Source: Methanosarcinales archaeon (GTDB lineage Archaea; Halobacteriota; Methanosarcinia; Methanosarcinales; Methanogasteraceae). From it: DNA of 30,295 bases. Location: contig DAOVGO010000037.1 of assembly GCA_030672345.1 (NCBI GenBank), positions 1 through 30,295 on the forward strand. The letters run 5' to 3'. The notes beneath the pieces were generated by a model, which worked only from the letters and a program-made list of their open reading frames with translations, made no database searches and had not been told where the DNA came from. The position numbers and the translations under genes were made by a program. The first letter of the stretch is position 1, and every line of letters begins with the position of its first letter. This document shows positions 26,998-30,295 of this stretch, one piece after another.

Positions 26998-27491
26998 TTC
27001 CCCGTTAAATCAAAGCGTATAACACATTCCCCTGTTTTTTCGTAATTGTCTGCATCCTTGTGTCCGCCTTTGACATTCTGACTGAGTATATTCTGTATCA
27101 GGCAGGTTGCAAGAATGCCGACCGGACAGACCCTTGTCGGGGGAATACCAGTCTTCTCACGCACACCTTTTCCAAGATGGTGCTTGCAGTTCAGTGTTGT
27201 CAGCGTCAAAATATCATCTTCGAGCGTCACCTTCACATCATCGGCACTCACGCTACGTTCGAATAATAGCTGCAACTTCTCGATATCGGTAAGATCGGTC
27301 AGGTCCGTATCGGCTGCAAGGTATTCGATGATATTTTTTCCGTATTCGTGGGATAGATTCCGGATGATCGCCTTATAGCCATCTCCGAACATCTTCTGAG
27401 CGGACACCATGAACCCCCTTGAGATAATCATCTCCGACTCGATGAATCGATCGGTAGATCTTTTTATCTCGTCAGTCGATTCCACTACCAT
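26994..27491 (-). CDS. V4R / methanogen-output-domain-like small-ligand or metal-binding protein
   Basis: Pattern L..NC.H...CPVG.L...L...GEC.IRF with three spaced Cys; overlaps the roadblock start. Confidence 0.5.
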   Translation of the reverse strand: MVVESTDEIKRSTDRFIESEMIISRGFMVSAQKMFGDGYKAIIRNLSHEYGKNIIEYLAADTDLTDLTDIEKLQLLFERSVSADDVKVTLEDDILTLTTLNCKHHLGKGVREKTGIPPTRVCPVGILATCLIQNILSQNVKGGHKDADNYEKTGECVIRFDLTGK

Positions 27492-27552
27492 AGATGTTAT
27501 TCTGGTATTTTATAATACATAACGGTTTCGTCGGTCCGATGTAGCTAATAAT

Positions 27553-28467
27553 TCATGCACCCTCGAACCATCCGATCATCTTCCTGACACCCTCCTCAAA
27601 CCCGACCTTCGGCTCAAACCCGAGTTCCCGAATCCGGGTGATATCGGCGTACAGCGTATTCACATCGCCAGCCCATGTTTTGCCGCCGTAGCGTATCTCC
27701 GCCTCAGGCGAGATGATCGAGACCATCAGCTCGGCAAGTTCCTTAATCGATGTCGGGCTTCCGCCGGCTGCATTGTACACCCCGCGCCCATGCCCTGCCA
27801 CCAGCACAAAAGCATCAGCCATGTCAGAGACGTAGCAGTAGTCCCTGATCTGCTCGCCTGTGCCAAGAACCTCGAGAAGCGACGGATCCCGCCTCAGTTT
27901 ATGTATGAAGTCGTACATCACGTATCTCGGCTGTCTTGGTCCGTAGGTGTTGAAGATCCGTATCGCTGCAAAGTCGATTCCATAAGTCTCCTTGAATGCG
28001 AATCCGTACCGTTCGCCTGCGAGTTTTGAGGCGCCGTAAGGCGAGATCGGCTGCAGCGGATGACCCTCATCGATCGGCGTCCGAATCGGCTCGCCATAGA
28101 CCGCCGCAGTTGACGCATACACGATCTTTTCCACATTCGAATCCTGACACGCCTCTATTACGTTGAACGTGCCGAGTGCGTTCGTTTCAAAATCGTATCT
28201 TGGATCCTCTGTCGAATGCGGCACCGATGCATTCGCGCCGATATGAAAGACCACATCGATATCTGCATCCTTGATTGTTTTTTTGACCAGACCTGCATCC
28301 CTGAGATCGCCTTTTACAAATATCGCACCCTCTGGCAGGTTCTCTTCCTTTCCGGTACTGAGGTTGTCCAGTGCCGTTACCGCGCACTCGCCAGCGAGCC
28401 TGTCAACTATATGGCTTCCTATGAACCCAGCCCCGCCAGTCACCAGAACGTTCTTTCCTTTGATCAT
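27553..28467 (-). CDS. NAD-dependent epimerase/dehydratase (GalE-like extended SDR)
   Basis: Motifs VTGGAGFIGSH, ASTAAVYG, YGASK and FNTYGP. Confidence 0.93.
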   Translation of the reverse strand: MIKGKNVLVTGGAGFIGSHIVDRLAGECAVTALDNLSTGKEENLPEGAIFVKGDLRDAGLVKKTIKDADIDVVFHIGANASVPHSTEDPRYDFETNALGTFNVIEACQDSNVEKIVYASTAAVYGEPIRTPIDEGHPLQPISPYGASKLAGERYGFAFKETYGIDFAAIRIFNTYGPRQPRYVMYDFIHKLRRDPSLLEVLGTGEQIRDYCYVSDMADAFVLVAGHGRGVYNAAGGSPTSIKELAELMVSIISPEAEIRYGGKTWAGDVNTLYADITRIRELGFEPKVGFEEGVRKMIGWFEGA

Positions 28468-28491
28468 GGTATCTGAATCCGGGATTGGTTG

Positions 28492-29310
28492 TCACTCATC
28501 ATATATCTTTACATCAACCACCACATGCACGACCCCGGGCGCATATTTCTTGACGGTGCGCTGCCCGATTATGTCCACGCTGCGCCCACACTCATGCGCC
28601 GCGTCTTTGATGCGCCGGATCGGTCGCTGATATCTCAGCGCTTCAGGCGTACCCTCGTGGTAATGTATTATGCCACCAGATCTCGCCGCACAAAGCCCCG
28701 ACACGAGTTGTTCGTGCGTCACGTCAAGATAACCCATGATCACCCGATCTGCGACGTTCTCCGGGGATTTGATTGCGCAATCACCATGCACCGGAAGAAC
28801 AACTTCCTCTACCCTGTTGATCCTGATATTCTCTCTGAGATAGTGATATGCAGCCTGGTTGAGTTCGATTGCAATGACCTTTTTTGGGTGCGAATGAACC
28901 GCGATCTGGATCGAAAAATAGCCGATGCCGGCAAACATGTCCAGAACAACCTCGCCATCACACATTTCACTCAGCCGCATCCTTTCTGCGAGATTCCCCT
29001 GCGAAAACATGATTCTGCTCGCATCGAGTCTGAAGTAGCACCCGTTCTCCTTGTGGGTGGTTTCTGTTCCTGACATGCCTGCAATCACCTCGCAGATCGG
29101 CTCCCGGAAGCGTCCTGCAACGCCCCGGTTCCAGAGCACGGTGCTGCATCTCGGATACATTGCAAGAAGCGCATCCCCGATCGCGTTTGCATGGTGCTTT
29201 AGCGCATCCGGGATGCTGACAAGGATCACGGCGCCAAGAATCTGCCAGCCGCGCGGGAGCAGTTTTGCCTCTTCGGGGGGGAGGCGGAGAAGGTCGCGGA
29301 GGTGTTCCAT
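28492..29310 (-). CDS. taw2: tRNA(Phe) 4-demethylwyosine aminocarboxypropyltransferase (TYW2/Trm5 family)
   Basis: Motifs HKENGC.FRLD, MFSQGN..ER, DMFAGIGYF, ADRVIMGY, HYHE and KKYAPGV.H. Start at ATG 29310 after GAGGT. Confidence 0.8.
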   Translation of the reverse strand: MEHLRDLLRLPPEEAKLLPRGWQILGAVILVSIPDALKHHANAIGDALLAMYPRCSTVLWNRGVAGRFREPICEVIAGMSGTETTHKENGCYFRLDASRIMFSQGNLAERMRLSEMCDGEVVLDMFAGIGYFSIQIAVHSHPKKVIAIELNQAAYHYLRENIRINRVEEVVLPVHGDCAIKSPENVADRVIMGYLDVTHEQLVSGLCAARSGGIIHYHEGTPEALRYQRPIRRIKDAAHECGRSVDIIGQRTVKKYAPGVVHVVVDVKIYDE

Positions 29311-29527
29311 AAGCTTAACCTCATGGAGTGTTTGGTGATAAAGGTAGCTTGTCTGGCATCTGCAAAAACATCCATCCAAAACCCCGAGAGGAGAATCCTG
29401 CCAGCACCAACATTATTTACACAACAGAACAAATACATATAATATCTGCACTGGTCCGGGACGGAAATGTCCGACCCTATAACCAATAGCGCAGAAGAGA
29501 ATTAACAATACCGAAGAGCTGAATAAC

Positions 29528-30295
29528 GTGCTTCATGAGACGCTATACCGGGGATACGAACGTTTACTGACCGATGAGGTCAAGAAACACGGTGTGCCAC
29601 GCCACATCGCTGTGATCATGGACGGGAATCGCAGATACGCGGATCGTGTGCGCATCGTGCGGTATTACGGGCATATCTATGGCGCCAGAACCACAGAGCA
29701 GTTCCTTGAGTGGTGCTGGGAACTCGGGATAAAGCAGACAACGATCTATGCATTCTCAACCGAGAACTTCTCACGCCCCAGACCTGAGCGTGACAAGATA
29801 TTTGAGATCATCGGCAAAAAACTCGACGAACTTGCGGACGATCCTCGCACCCACGAGAGGCGCATGAGGGTTCTGGCGATCGGCGAGACGCATCTACTGC
29901 CCGCCCATCTTCAGGATGCGATAAGACGTGTGGAAGACGCTACCTGCAACTATGATGGAATTCATCTCAACATCGCGATCGCTTACGGCGGGCAACGTGA
30001 GATTCTTGATGCGGTGCAGGATATGGCTCGCAAGGTCAGGGAGGGCAAACTGCGGGCTGACGACATCGATGAATCGGTCGTCTCACGCCATCTGTACACA
30101 AACGGCGTCGCTGTCTCGGATGTCGATCTGATCATACGAACAGGCGGCGACATCCGCACCTCGAACTTTCTCCCGTGGCAGGCGAACGGAAGCGAGTGTG
30201 CAGCCTATTTCTGCGCGCCGTTCTGGCCCGAGTTTCGGAAAATCGACTTTCTCCGGGCGATACGGGTCTATCAGATGCGGGAGCACGAACAAAAA
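29528..30295 (+). CDS. uppS: cis-prenyltransferase (polyprenyl diphosphate synthase), partial, runs off the window end
   Basis: Not in the track. The frame from GTG 29528 reads PRHIAVIMDGNRRYA, YAFSTENF and IRTGGDIRTSNFLPWQ. Confidence 0.95.
   Translation, partial: MLHETLYRGYERLLTDEVKKHGVPRHIAVIMDGNRRYADRVRIVRYYGHIYGARTTEQFLEWCWELGIKQTTIYAFSTENFSRPRPERDKIFEIIGKKLDELADDPRTHERRMRVLAIGETHLLPAHLQDAIRRVEDATCNYDGIHLNIAIAYGGQREILDAVQDMARKVREGKLRADDIDESVVSRHLYTNGVAVSDVDLIIRTGGDIRTSNFLPWQANGSECAAYFCAPFWPEFRKIDFLRAIRVYQMREHEQK

Noticed and set aside
3928-30292. Numerous long antisense or nested ORFs in the track (e.g. 3935..4777, 7458..7895, 14538..15212, 18746..19432, 20925..21614, 28489..29073)
   Set aside because: They are shadows of well-supported genes on the opposite strand in GC-rich coding DNA, with Ser/Arg-rich composition and no motifs.

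Overview
Archaeal chromosome segment from a Methanosarcinales-like organism. The lineage is inferred from gene content (aksA, archaeal EF-2, trm1, taw2, ipk, A-type atpD, DUF1628 pilin) and may be an ANME-2 relative. Most of the window is housekeeping: cbiF/cbiG, pyk, ccdA, atpD, fusA, purE, chorismate mutase, apgM, aksA, tRNA-Gly(TCC), trm1, argJ, IMPase/FBPase, ipk, apbE, AMMECR1, ADP-dependent sugar kinase, queD, an epimerase, taw2 and uppS. Two accessory, decaying patches interrupt it. The first (~540-3750) holds an AAA-ATPase stub, a MITE-like element with internal 9-bp periodic repeats, an intact AT-rich two-gene operon (ASCH protein plus a GNAT / Mrr-like / ASCH-EVE fusion; the best candidate for an undescribed system), and an orphan UPF0175 antitoxin whose PIN toxin is deleted. 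The second (~11500-14640) holds a type IV pilin with an in-frame TAG, a J-domain-like repeat pseudogene cut by an IS4 end, and a HEPN-MNT module lying between two diverged copies of the apgM 3' end. All family assignments come from recognising motifs by eye; no searches were run.
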